Shown here one piece after another: positions 23,294 through 35,735 of a stretch of DNA of 64,000 nt. This stretch comes from Pavona decussata (taxonomy: Eukaryota): positions 868,001-932,000 of the forward strand of contig CDRNST010000117.1 of assembly GCA_977016875.1 (NCBI GenBank), read 5' to 3'. Under the pieces are notes generated by a model. The model was not told the DNA's origin. It ran no database searches and saw only the letters and a list, made by a program, of their open reading frames with translations. How positions within the stretch are numbered: the stretch's first letter is position 1; every line of letters begins with the position of its first letter. The position numbers and the translations under genes were made by a program.

Positions 23294-24160
23294 ATTCATT
23301 AAAAGTTAAACTAGTTTGCGAACAGTTTAGTCTCTAAGGTCGCTGGTCGATCCTAAGTTAAACCAGACGCTCCATGCTGAGTAAGCAACCCAGTGATCTT
23401 AGTGATGTAATACAAGTTAAATTAGTATTACTATTTCGCGTGCTTCTACTATGGGTTCGCCTGAAGTTTAGCGGTTATCGCGGCTAACTTGAATGCAGAA
23501 GACCGACCGAGGTTCAAGTCTTCGCCGACGAAACGCATTTTCACATAGTACAGTATTGCTTTTACACGTTGACTTACTTTGTTCTGTTCATATAACAGAT
23601 CATTACAGTGATTCTATGTGAAAATATGACTGGTTCACTTGGTAAGACCGTGATTTCTCGGTTACTCAATCGTTCTTTGTGGAGACCTTGTAATGAAATT
23701 TTAGTTAGTGTTTTGGTGCTTGCCTTCTTTTTCTCTGTACAGTAAGGTTGTTTCAACAGTTCTCTGGTCTCCATGGTGACCGTCGGGTATTTGCCACTTT
23801 GTTATTTCTTGCCTAATTTTTTTTTTTTTTCAAAAAATTGAATGCACTCAGTTTTGTCTGGGAGACATCCTTGTTGACCCAGGGGGGGACAGTGGGGACG
23901 AGGATTTCCCGTCTGTTTCTCCTTTTCTTCGTCCCCACTTTCTGCATGCCCCTGGGTCGGTAGGATGAACGCGCTTTGGTGAAATTGTTAAGTTTCACTG
24001 AGAAAATGTGATTTGCTGGTGACAAAAGCTCTGTTCTAACCTCACACTTTATCGATCACGTACTGATTCCCTGAAAATTAAGTCAGGTTCGCAAAAACAA
24101 TTACCCTTAACTCTCTTCAGTCATCATAGTATGTAACAACGAAAGACTAAATAGTTTGTT

Positions 24161-25426
24161 TCACAACAATCCAGTATTATACAGCATGGCGCCCAGAGTC
24201 CATCCCAAATCAAATCCTTTAAGCTTATTACCCACTTGTATCATTTTATCGCCAGGTAGTCCATAGCCCTTTGTGAGCAGCTCATAGATGAAATTGCTCC
24301 GAAAGCAGTCGTACTTGGCTTGCGGGTTACTTTTAACCTCTTCGTACTTTTTAGAACAAAACTCTCGGGAACTATTTTCAAACATGGCTACCGACAGGGG
24401 CTTCACGCAGTGAAAACATAACAGTTCGGTGTCATGGGCGGTGTAAAATATCCCCGAGAAAGCAAAGAATTCTCCGCGTAGACTAGGCTGGTCGTAAAAC
24501 GGGCAGTCGGGAGATTTGCAGAAAAAGAATTTCGCAATGATCGATCGGCATTTTGTGACTGAAGGTTTCCCTACAACGGTGACGTTTCTACCTTTGATGA
24601 ATGATATCGGCTGTTTAAAGCCTTTGTGGTGGCAAGGACTTTTCAAAATACCATTTGTTAAACTCCCATGAGAGAGAATTTCGATGGTAAGGTATCTTTG
24701 GTAAGCCAGGTCCAAGCCATAGCCCAGATAACTTCTAGCAAATAGACAATTTTTCTTATCACCTATTGTCAAAGGGACAGAATCATTCCCGGTGCTCTCA
24801 AACGTATTAGCATGGGACGCACCTCCTAAATCCAATATTCCGTAGGTTGGGTGAGGTGTCCTAGGACGAAAAAGTCCCTTTAAAAAATTCACAGTTATCC
24901 AACTATATACCCCCTCAAACTCACCCGAAATAATTTTTGCGTCCTTTGGATCAAACTTAAACGGACATTTGTTTTTGTCAGTAAAGAGTGTTTTAACTTT
25001 GTCAAGTATGGCATTAGCCTGGTCGTTTCTCAAACGTCGCATTCCTCCCGTGGCCAGAAAGAAAATAGGAGTGGAGTCATGTTTGTGCTCTGGCACGGTC
25101 TTTATCGCTGACTTAAGCAATGGCATCAGATATTCTTCAATTGCGACTGAGTTTCCTGCCAAACTGGCGATTCCAGGCTTAACTTTACTGAAAGAGGGTT
25201 CCATCTGTTCGATATCTTCCACTTCTAACGGGGAATTCGAAGTCTTCCCATTGATTTTGTAGATTTGCATCTTAGTTTTGCTGGCACCTACATCAAATAC
25301 AATAGTGTATCTAGTTGAGCCTGAGCCCGCATTCGCCTTGTCTTCCAGCTGCGCATGACGACTGAGACAGGTGTGCAGTTTTGTTGCGCTGATCATGAGC
25401 AGTAGGAACAAACAGTAGTGAGCCAT
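24161..25426 (-). CDS. Secreted NTPDase/apyrase, GDA1/CD39 family, single coding exon (421 aa)
   Basis: Signal-peptide-like N-terminus. Apyrase conserved regions: IVFDVGASKT (ACR1), LATGGMR (ACR2), ISGEFEGVYSWITVN (ACR3), DLGGAS (ACR4), WTLG (ACR5). No C-terminal TM helix. Splice acceptor at 25441/2 and a candidate 5'-UTR donor AG|GTAAGT near 26723. Confidence 0.93.
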   Translation of the reverse strand: MAHYCLFLLLMISATKLHTCLSRHAQLEDKANAGSGSTRYTIVFDVGASKTKMQIYKINGKTSNSPLEVEDIEQMEPSFSKVKPGIASLAGNSVAIEEYLMPLLKSAIKTVPEHKHDSTPIFFLATGGMRRLRNDQANAILDKVKTLFTDKNKCPFKFDPKDAKIISGEFEGVYSWITVNFLKGLFRPRTPHPTYGILDLGGASHANTFESTGNDSVPLTIGDKKNCLFARSYLGYGLDLAYQRYLTIEILSHGSLTNGILKSPCHHKGFKQPISFIKGRNVTVVGKPSVTKCRSIIAKFFFCKSPDCPFYDQPSLRGEFFAFSGIFYTAHDTELLCFHCVKPLSVAMFENSSREFCSKKYEEVKSNPQAKYDCFRSNFIYELLTKGYGLPGDKMIQVGNKLKGFDLGWTLGAMLYNTGLL

Positions 25427-25689
25427 TGTTCCCGCTGAAACCTGGAAGAAGAGTCGTGATATTCAACATGAAAGACATTAACGAGGTACGCAGCAGTTTT
25501 TTTTGGACTTAGGGTCATTCATCATACATCATCATTTCAACATATGATCAAATTTAATTTTCTCATCGGTTTCCCAACAACAGCTATTACCATAGCAACG
25601 GAAGCGCATTGCCTCTTGTTTATCTTGTATTCGAGATTGTAATTTCAAAACTTCCACCTTAAGTCCAGAAAAACTGCTGTGAGCCTCCA

Positions 25690-25842
25690 NNNNNNNNNNN
25701 NNNNNNNNNNNNNNNNNNNNNNNNNNNNNNNNNNNNNNNNNNNNNNNNNNNNNNNNNNNNNNNNNNNNNNNNNNNNNNNNNNNNNNNNNNNNNNNNNNNN
25801 NNNNNNNNNNNNNNNNNNNNNNNNNNNNNNNNNNNNNNNNNN
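25690..25842. other. Assembly gap
   Basis: Run of N. Confidence 1.
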
Positions 25843-28800
25843 ATCCATCATGAGATGATTTCACTAGTCGCAAAACCCACGGTTTACTTTGCCTTCACAT
25901 GTGATCCCAACTCTTGTGTTTTTCCAGCGCACAGAGCTCTCAGATGCTGGGAATTGTACAAAGCACATAAAAGGGCTTTTCGGAGAAGTAAATATATCAA
26001 ACTGCATCATAGCTTACGCAAGTAAGAGGGCAGGAAACTTCTGTCCCCTTTTAAAAGTATAGTTGAGGTGAAGGTAAAGGTATATTAAGGTAATACAAAT
26101 TGATCTGTTTGGATCCTTAGGTTGAAAATTAAAGTTGCAGAAAGTTTTAGGACACGGAGTGCTGTTGGCTGTTATTGGTTTTCGAAAATGCTAGCTGACC
26201 TTTTGTTAAGCATTTTTAACGACATTTCTGCCCCTTAGAAAACGAAAGGAATTACTTCTCCAGTGACGCGAAATTTTGACATTTCTGATATCCACCGAAA
26301 TAAACCCCGTTCCTTCCCCCCCCCCCCCCCCCAATTTCAGTAGAGTAAGGCGCAGTTTAGCAGCGAAGCATATCAATATGTAATGCGAATTCAAAATGGC
26401 GATGAACCATCACCAAACACAAACGCAACAGATAGCACACTTAGTTCAGTGAGAGCTGAATGGCCAAAGAGAAGGCAGATTCGGCTCTTATATTTCAAAA
26501 TTGCATTGTACAGTGTTCGATGCTCGCGATGGAAATGTGATCTGAATAAATTCTAAAGAGTTTCCCTGAGAATAAAAGGCGCGAGGCTTTGGTTTTGAAC
26601 AAACACACTTTGTAGATTTACACCATTATAATGACGAATGTCACGTCGAAAATATGACAACAAAAACAGATACTTATTCAACAAGATTGGCAATAATGCA
26701 TAATTTAGGGCAAAAATACTTACCTTTCCGCAATTAATAAACCCCTGCTTTGTTAGCCGCAGTTAATACTTGTTTGCGTCCAACTCTATAAAATCATTAC
26801 AACTTTCATGTACGTGGCTTCTGCAAAGAGTCACAATTGATTAAGGAATTACTACGACCACCAGGCAAGGTTTTATGAAAGTTAGCCAATCACAGGTAGA
26901 GATTTTAATAAAGAGACACTCCTTCTCAGAAAGGTTCAGCGCTTTCCAGTTTCCACGCGCTGATAGTTAAGTAACAAACAACAGGTGGACGCCGGCCATT
27001 TCATACCTTTATAATCTTTGCTTTTCTGAAAGCTTCAGCGCTTTTCACGTGCTGATCGTAAGCGTTAGGATATTTTAACACTGAAATAAACACAAAATGC
27101 GGTTTAAAAACTATAAAACTGGCAACAACAGCAACAAAAATGGACGCCATTTATGTATTTATAGTTTGTTTGTTTTGTTTTTTAGTTGCTTTTTACTCTG
27201 TTAATTTCTCCTGCTATTAATGAAATAATCCTTAAACAAATCCTTTTCAATTTTCCATCGAGTATTCCCCTTGTCTTCATTTGTTTTCATTCGGCCAAAT
27301 CTACTATAGTAGGCGAGTAGTCTGAAATTTTCCACAATTTTCGATGTTTATCCTGCTTTTTATTGAGGGCACGATTACGTAAAAGAATGTTCCACCCTCG
27401 GCTGAAATTTCAACCCCTCAGCCGGGCTTTCTGAACAAGTTTCAGAACAAACGGACTGAAAAACCTGGGCCAATCTTGTTTCAAGTTTTGCCAGGAAATC
27501 CTGGATTGAACTTCATTGGAATCTCGGTACTCTGAAAATCGTCGTATATTCACTGTCAAGTAATCGGGCTCTGTTTACGAGGCTTAATGCTTCTTTTTCA
27601 TTATGTGCAAAGCGCGTTATTGAATTCCTCTGTAAGGATACTATTCCAGAAGAAGTACAAGGCGCATCTCCTTGTCGTTTCTATTTTCTTATATTTTTGT
27701 CGCTTCCGTTTGCTTTCGTATACTTAACCACTGAGTGGGCAATCGGTCAATCGATTAATCATTTATTTACCCAGTATAAACCTGCAATCTGGCGTTCTCT
27801 TTTGGGGGGGCAGCACGAAAGTGTGGCAGCGCGAGAGTCGCCGGTATTTACCCACGTGACGTCTAATAAACGATTGATTGACAAATATAAAACTGAAGCG
27901 GTTATCAGTAATAATAAAAACAACAACACAAAAATGACAGCATCGGGCTTCGTTCTAACGTGAACACTAAATTATTTTTTTAGTCACGTGTCCGTTGATT
28001 CAGAAGCATTTTGAATCAGTTCTCTCAAATCAATGTGTGGTTTACTTCGGAGGGTACACTTTGTGGGGTTGTGTGGCTCGGTTCTCCAAACCCTCTCCCT
28101 ATTTTAGACCAAAATGCGTCATTTTCCAGTTCCCTTTTTTCAGACCTGGCCTCTACAATAATTATTCATACCCATTTTCAGACCTGGTTTCTAGAATCCA
28201 TACTCATTTCTGTCAAATCCATACCCATTTTTCAGACCAAAATGGTTAAAATCAAATGGCTCAAAAACCACACCCTTTGGCACTGTACACCCCTTTATAG
28301 CTTATATAGGGGAGTACCCCCCCCCCCCCGAACATTTATTAACAAGGCGTTTGGAATTTGGACCACACGTGTCTCTCGAACAATCAGGAAAAAAGTGCCT
28401 CAGCCTGGGCTTGAATGTGAATGAGCCCAGGACTGAGAACTTGTTTTTTTTTTTTTTTTCATCAAAAAAATGCAAGTGCCTAGGAGGTGGTCATAAAGAT
28501 TGCTGGAATGGCTTAATGTATTGTACAGTACACCTATCTCAAACCAGAGGAAGGATCTTTGGTAGATGTGGGGTATTTGACCGTTTTAACAATTTTTTTA
28601 GCTATCTTCTCCCTGGCAGAAAAAGGGTATTTTTTGGATTCTCAGTCACTGGTTATTAATTTGGCAGTCAAATTATTTAGAGTAGGTAAGGTTTAATGTA
28701 AAAGAGCAGGGTTTTATTACGATTTTGAACAGGCAGGCAAGGGGTTTGTGCATCCAGCCAAGAGAGTCGCCTTTGGAATGTTATTTTATGGAAAAAGTTG

Positions 28801-29523
28801 GTTAAGGTGTTAAAGGCAACCATGGAAAGTTGTGTTCACAGACAGTCAATTTGCCTGGCGCCTGGCCCTTAATGAAACCCGTGGAATAGGGACAACTGTT
28901 CACTTAGTGATCACACAGTCCCTGGAAACCCTGAATATTTTACATGTACGAGAAAAAGCAAGCTTACAAGATTTTCAAATAAGTCTATTTAATTGCTTTC
29001 CTTAAAAGTAAAAGTGGCAAGCACAATTTTTTCACTGCAAGTCTTTCACTGCAGTGTGCTAGTGCCACTTGTATGATATAAAAATAATATTCTTTCTCTA
29101 TAAAGTTTGCAATATAAATTTAAAACAAACTACAATATTGACAGACCAAAACTAACAGATATAAATTTTGGGTATATGTCTCTGAGATATGTAGGACTCT
29201 CTGACATCAACGTTAAAACAATTGCTCCTTGGCAATGTCAAGAACAGGGCTTTCTCCTATTTGAGTCAACATATCAATACAAATCAACCAGAACAAGGTC
29301 TTCACAAGGCAAGATAAACACTTGCTTTTGAGCAACGTTAAAAAGAGAGCTTGGTTGCTCAATGGACGATATCAATACAATACATGTAAAACTAAAACTT
29401 TCTCATGTAGTCAGTAATTCTACACAAGCTGTAAATGTCATTAATTTGCTCTTCAGCAAAACTACATGTAATTTTTTTTTTAAAATATTTTTCTGTTTAA
29501 AAATATGTACATCACCAAAGCCA

Positions 29524-32274
29524 CTAAAACCTGGACTGTATTGTTTGCAGAAGGTCGACACAGGGCTGCAGCTGGCTGTTTTGTTCACATGCAGTTTGCA
29601 TCCTGAAAAGAGATACAAAAATGTTGAGTTTCACACCCCTTCTACCTTTGGTATGAGTTTTTTCCCCAGATGGGTGGAAGAGGTTCAGGGTCCGTTTCTT
29701 GAAGATCCTGAGAACTTACTGGGAATGCTTAATTTTAAAATCTTTATAATTCTATGAAAACATTGGCCAAGTACCATGCCTTTTTAAAATTGGCAAAAAA
29801 ACATTTAAAAATATAATATTTATTGGCCCAGTAAGTTATCAGGAATTTTGAGAAACAAGCCCCAGGGACCCAGACCTAATTCAAGACGGCCTTGATTTTC
29901 TCATTTTGAAACATTTTTCAAGCCTACCCTATGCCTTTATGCAGTGTAGTACCACCTAGACTCTATAGAATCTACTAAATATAAAATTCTGAAGATAAAA
30001 GCAAGCTCTTTGAAAATGAAAACAAATGTTTGGTTTTATCACCAGAGTTGATAAGGTCAAGTACTTTTCAACCATAAAGAGATGCAAGTGCTGATGTTTT
30101 GAATAATTATTAGCCCTTCTGGAGTGAATCATGTTAGCCCTCTGCTTTGACGATGCATAGGAGTTTTGAGATCCAAATGCCAAGGCACAGACAGCAAAAA
30201 TGCTCAAATGCTGCTCAAATAGAAAGTCTTAAAAAACTTATCTTGCTAGAAGGTTGATAAAATTTTAACAAGGGGAACTACAACTAGAACAGAAAGCCTT
30301 GCAATAATCTATTATCATCATCGTCATTATTATTATTATTTGTTTACCTTTCTAACAAATCTTCACATTTTTCTTCTGTAAAGCTACTCTTCAGCTTTGT
30401 CAGAGCCTTTTTACACTGAACAGCCAGAGACTTGAAGCACTGCTCTTTGCTCTTGTTGTGAGCTGGATTGTCCCAGTTTGGCATGCCATCCACGTATGTC
30501 CAAGCCATCAGAACATAGCTGAGTGATGATTCCCACAGTTGCGAAGACACAAGGGTATTTCCTTGGGTGACACACTCTTTCTGTAAAGGAATAAAGGAAT
30601 TGTTTAAATCAAAGAGGGCATCAAGCCTCAAGTGATGGCACCTGTGTGTTAAAGCCATCCGTTTTAGTCCACTAGATTCTGGTACGTGAAATCAGTACTT
30701 TGTTGGGGGAGTATAGAGGGCTGTGTGAATCCAAGGGTTTGGGAAAGAAAGACTTTTTAAGTGTCCAGAACTTGCTTAACTCCTCCCCTTCCCTCAAATA
30801 ATATATTTCACATCACCATTGTAGACTTCAAACAGTCATTTTTCTCTTCAAGTTCACACTGGGAGATGTAATTTGTCAAAAGCATGAACTAATAAGGCCT
30901 GTTTAAAGTATGGATTTCGTGAGCATGCAGGTATGTGACAGTTCCTAAAATTTAAGCAATATTGTATAAAAAGGTAGTTTTGTGCATGTTTCCGTCTTTC
31001 CGGTCCGAAGGGCATTTGCAAGTGGACACATGAGGTTTCAGAAAATGTCTCTACACAAGTGAGATCTAGTTGAGCTGTCATACTTTGCAGGCTGGTCTTT
31101 TATTATACTTGTACAAGGTGGTTTTAACTTTCAAGTCTGAGGTTAAAATACTAAAATGTGGCTATTCAAATGCAAGCTATTGAGCTTTGTGATGCAGTTT
31201 ATAATGTTGTTTAAAGTGATTTTAAATTCTGAGTCTGTCAATAAAATTAAAGTGTAGCAGTGGAAATGAAACCCACTAAGCAGTACCTTCCTGCCTGTGA
31301 CAGTATGATAAACAGCACCACAGATAAATTATTTCAAATTTTCATTTCCGTTAGGGAAATCGTGAAGTGTGACCATTCAAATGAAAGCTACTAAACGGTG
31401 CTTATTTAAAGTGTATGGAAATCGATGTCTTAAAAATTGTAGTTATGCAATTTTTGTAGGTGAAGTGAGGACGAAAGACATGCTTCATCGATAAACTGCT
31501 TACCTTGAACGCTGCCAGGTGAGTATTCACGCGGCGGTAACAGAAAGCGTCACGCGAAGACCCGTACCTCGTGTAAGGGAAGGATTTGTAGATATTTCTC
31601 TGTAAATATTTCAACTTTTCTTCTAATTCTGAGAGATCAGGCTCTGGGATAAGACCTCGAAGTTCCTTGTGGAAAAAAAGAAAAATGTTAATGAGGTTAA
31701 AGAGGAATGTGTTTCAAATCAGCATAACAATGAATCACATGCAAACCCCTTTGTTGTCAATGGCGTCCTTCGTATTTAAAATCCTCTTTGCAATCTTAGT
31801 GTTAGTTTTGAAAACATTTAAAGTGATCCCTACCTGTTCAAGATCTGGATGTCTCTCTGCAACTAACGTGTTCACCAAATCTACTAACTGTGCTTTGGAG
31901 AGGCCGTTCAACGTTACTGAAAGCGCGGGTGATGCAACTTCGCCGTTTCGCGGGCTACCTCCAAGACGAAGACGTTTTCGTTTCTGGGGATTCGCTTTCT
32001 TCCTCGGCTCGCTCTCTGGGGTCATAAACGCTGAACTAGCCTCTGCTTCTGCTTCACTCTCGCTCTTGTTACTCGTGTCTTCTTCACTGGTCGTATCTCC
32101 AACCGTTTCCTTTGAAGTTTGGAAGAATCTCTCCAAGGCCGCCTGCTTCGCGGTTCGCTTCCTTCGCGAGCTCGGAGCGGAATAAGAAATGAAAATATCT
32201 CTCTCCGGCGAGCTCTCGTGGCTGTCTTGCATCGTATTTGAGCTGAGATTTGTGATGTCTTTCATTACAGACAT
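29524..32274 (-). CDS. Cut8/Sts1-like nuclear proteasome tethering factor (~304 aa, 4 exons)
   Basis: Exons 32274-31834, 31665-31504, 30580-30348 and 29602-29524, all GT-AG and in frame. A basic NLS-like KRKRLRL is followed by LNGLSKAQLVDLV...RHPDL, PEPDL, IYKSFPY...DAFCYRRV and MPNWDNPAHNKSKEQCF, the motif series I recall for the Cut8 domain. Confidence 0.85.
31105..31400. repeat. Dispersed repeat (gtgtgaccattcaaatgaaagcta family)
   Basis: The motif recurs within this stretch and at ~36110-36230. Confidence 0.65.
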
Positions 32275-32980
32275 AATTAGGCGCCAAAACGAGGAATACT
32301 TTAGAAAGAACGAAGACAAGAACCTATTCTGCAAGCGAAGCGAGTTATGAATGAAGATATTAACCGCGCGAAGGCATATAAAACAAAGCGAATTTGCGCG
32401 CCAAGAGATGCAACGCTGTGATTGGTAAATTTTTGCCTCGCTTTCACAGAGGAGAACGGTTGGATTGGAAACTTGGACCTTTGAGGGAATGAAGGAATGG
32501 AAGAAAAACGGAGTATTTCTTCGAGGTTTATTTTATTTTTCCTTTGGCCGTGAATGACTGATGCGGTTAAAAACTTGACTGAATAATGGCTAAATGCATT
32601 GAGGGCGTGATGTTGTAAATTGCCGAGGTTTATTTCACCCATAAGGCAAGGAAATGTTTGCGAATTAGAAGACGTGAAAATCATGACCACAAAAAAAAAA
32701 AAACAAAAACAAAAACTGGACGCTGTTATTTTTCACATTAAATATTGGGCCCGATTATTCAAATCAGAATTGAGCTAATCAGGCGGCGTTAAGCAAACCT
32801 GGTTTATCGCAAACCGGGTTTTCAACAAACGGACCAACAAAGAATATTTTTTTTTTCGTGTACAGTCGAAGTCTCGTTTCGTTCCCCAGCTTTAATCGAA
32901 TCTCGCGTGATATATCGTAAGCCGCGCTCGAGCACCAGTGTAACGGTTCAAAGCAAAAGAACAACTGATCAGAGCTTGCG
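32275..32980. promoter_or_regulatory. Bidirectional promoter region with E2F-, CCAAT-, MYB- and CHR-like motifs
   Basis: Divergent ATGs lie 706 bp apart. TTTGCGCGCCAA at 32393-32404, ATTGG at 32421, TAACGG at 32941 directly followed by TTCAAA at 32947. Confidence 0.55.
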
Positions 32981-34922
32981 ATGACCAAAGAAATGAAAGC
33001 ATCTAAAGTCACCAAGAAAAATATTTCCAGTAAGTTCAACATTTTTATTCTACTATAAAATGAACGGTTGTTGTTTTTTGGCCTTTTTACGTGAGCATCA
33101 CTGAAAAACAATCGCACTGTTATTTCATTTCAGCAAAGGGACGCTCTCAAAAGTCGAAGAAACCGCAAAATGCAAAGGAAACAAACAAAAGCACGACAAA
33201 GCCTAAGACTTCATCTTCAGCGCAATCGAATGCTAGAAAGCAAAACGGCACTGGTCAAGTTGAAGGCTCTGCAAGTGCGATACAAACAGCGGCAGGTAAT
33301 GAAATCAGGCCGATTTTAGATGCGCTCTTTTCACTCTTATTTGAGTTGCTCGGTAATGTTTAAGTTTCATTTCGCCTTCCCCACGGGCTTGGTTGATCAA
33401 ACAATATAAAAACAATTTCTGACTGCAAGTTACAGTGATCTCTTCAAACACTTTCAGTTTTTCAGTCCAAATTTGTACGTCTTGTCTTTGAAAAATTTTG
33501 CTTTAAAGGGACAGTATCACGCTATTTTTAGTAACACATTGAAAATCGGAAAGACGCTATTCGGTTTATAGCAACCAAGATATAATGACAAAATTCCATT
33601 AAAAGACTATCAGAATGCAAAGAAACTATCCACGGATATTTTTGCCGGCAGATGACCAAGATAGAGGGGGGTTCAAATTTGAAAACGTCTGGCAGACGTT
33701 TTCAAATTTCGCTGTTGTAACACACTAAAAATCGCCGGTTGTACTATATTTTGGTTCAACCTTTCGTCTTAGAATCACTATTAATATTTCTTTAAATTAG
33801 CGATTGAGAAATTAATTAACACAGTGTTTAAAGTTTAAATTTAGTGAATTTTGGCCAAAAATCATGATATCTCCCATCGATCTCCCATGATGCTGCACCC
33901 GGCTTTAAGTTTTCAAGGGAGGATTTTAAATCTTAAAGGCTTAAGAGCCTTTGACTCCTAATATCAAAGAACAAATTCAGCTCCTATCTTTTGCCATATT
34001 TTTCTTATAAAAGTACTGGGGAGAAATTATCACAATACCACGAAAATCATATTCTTAATTCTCATGATCACAGGGGCTGAATAAGCATTGATATTACAAG
34101 GAGAAGTTTGATGCTGATCACTGTTAGGACTTTTAAAAATGGTCAAACCACTGCAATGAGCGAAGCACAGACACATTCACAATCTTCATTCTTTGTTTGA
34201 ACCACCATTTATAATGGGTAGTGGGAAAATTTATAATTTTTTTTTATCACCGCCCCATTTTTCCCACCAGCCATCAAAGTTAGCTGGCTTGTTAATGTAA
34301 CTTTCACCAAAACCAACCCACCGCTCCCAAACATGCAAAATATTAAAAATGTATTTATTTCAACGTCTCATTTCTATAACACGCAGACGAACGTCGCCTC
34401 CGGAAGCTCAAAGTGTTCCTAAAAAGTGTCTCATACAACGGCTGCGAGGGGACAAACCTACCGAACCTAAATGACTTGTATGTAGACCAGCTGCTCGTGG
34501 ATGAATTTCCGTGCAATGAACTCTCGAAAAACGAGGAATTCAAGTGTAACCCGACGCCATTTGTAATCGCGAGCTGTTTTAACCGAAGTCAGGCCACGGA
34601 GAATTCTAATAACAACGGGAAAGGAAACAAGGGGGCGAGGAGAACGCCAAGGAAACAAAATTCCACTCCGAGGAAGAGGAACCAACAAAACAACGACTCA
34701 CCAAAAACAACAAAACAAGATACTGCGCTCAAACCGAGTAAGCCGTTGATGTTGCAACAACTCAAATCACCGCTCAGTGCAGAAAAGAAAAATCCTGTTA
34801 GGAGACTTTTTTACGAGCAGGGTGAGAAATCAGGGAAAAGTTCACCGAGAAAGGAACAAAATTTGACTAAAAAGTCACCAGTAAAACAAGCTGAAAAGAA
34901 AGCAATCCATGATCAAAAGTAG
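32981..34922 (+). CDS. Uncharacterised Lys/Arg-rich protein (~248 aa, 3 exons) with clustered S/T-P-x-K sites
   Basis: Exons 32981-33029, 33134-33295 and 34387-34922, with phase-1 GT-AG junctions in frame. Contains TPRK twice, SPRK, SPVK, SPK and PVRRLF. Confidence 0.75.
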
Positions 34923-35735
34923 AAACATCGGCCATCTTGCATCCAAAGAGACAAATTGCTCCAATTTGCACATTATTTTGAACACTCTTTTTATTGTCTG
35001 CGAGACGTTACTGAAGTAAAAACGTTGTCAGTCTATCAGCGTGCATAACTTTACATCACGATAACATTAGATTCAAATTTCGCAAGGCAGATTCAAGTAT
35101 AAATAATATATTCAAGTAATGAACCTTGCCAGAGACCTTTAAAGTTTGACGAAAATAATAAACTAAAATCCGGACAAAGACTGTATACTTTGTTAAACTA
35201 TATTCCGCAAGAACACTTTTGCCTGTAACCCTCAGTTACAGCGTCAAATAAACAGACACAAAAAGTGCTTTTCGGTGCAAAAGTGTAACTTGTCGCGATA
35301 AAAGCATCCGTTTCCCTCTGCAAACACTGCTATTTAAACTTTTACGACTTTCGATCTTTGCAAGATCGTTTCCCACTTTTGCTCACACAAAACACTTGTT
35401 ACGGTAACCAAGTTTGTTTTTCAGTAGGAACAAATTTGATCTGAATGATTTCAGAAACATTTTCTTCCAAAAGTTTCCCCCGACTCAGTGTTCAGCGAGT
35501 ATACAGGTTAGCAGTACCTTCAAGGGTTATTACCCACGATTACCGATGTTACATTTTAAGCATCAACAAGAAAGTGATCTCTTTCGTCTCGTTTTTGATT
35601 TGTCGCCACACTGACTCGGCGTAGACAATCTCGAAAAACACTTCGCCGACTTTCCGGACACGATAGCCTGAAGAGAATTGTCTTCTCCCCTTCACGGGAT
35701 CTTCACAGTGTGTTTTCAGACAATGATATAAATAA

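Noticed and set aside
23450-23535. tRNA gene (GGTTCAAGTC B-box-like motif)
   Set aside because: No convincing cloverleaf or acceptor stem. At most a decayed SINE head.
31667-32185. 172-aa plus-strand ORF
   Set aside because: Antisense shadow of Cut8-like exon 1.
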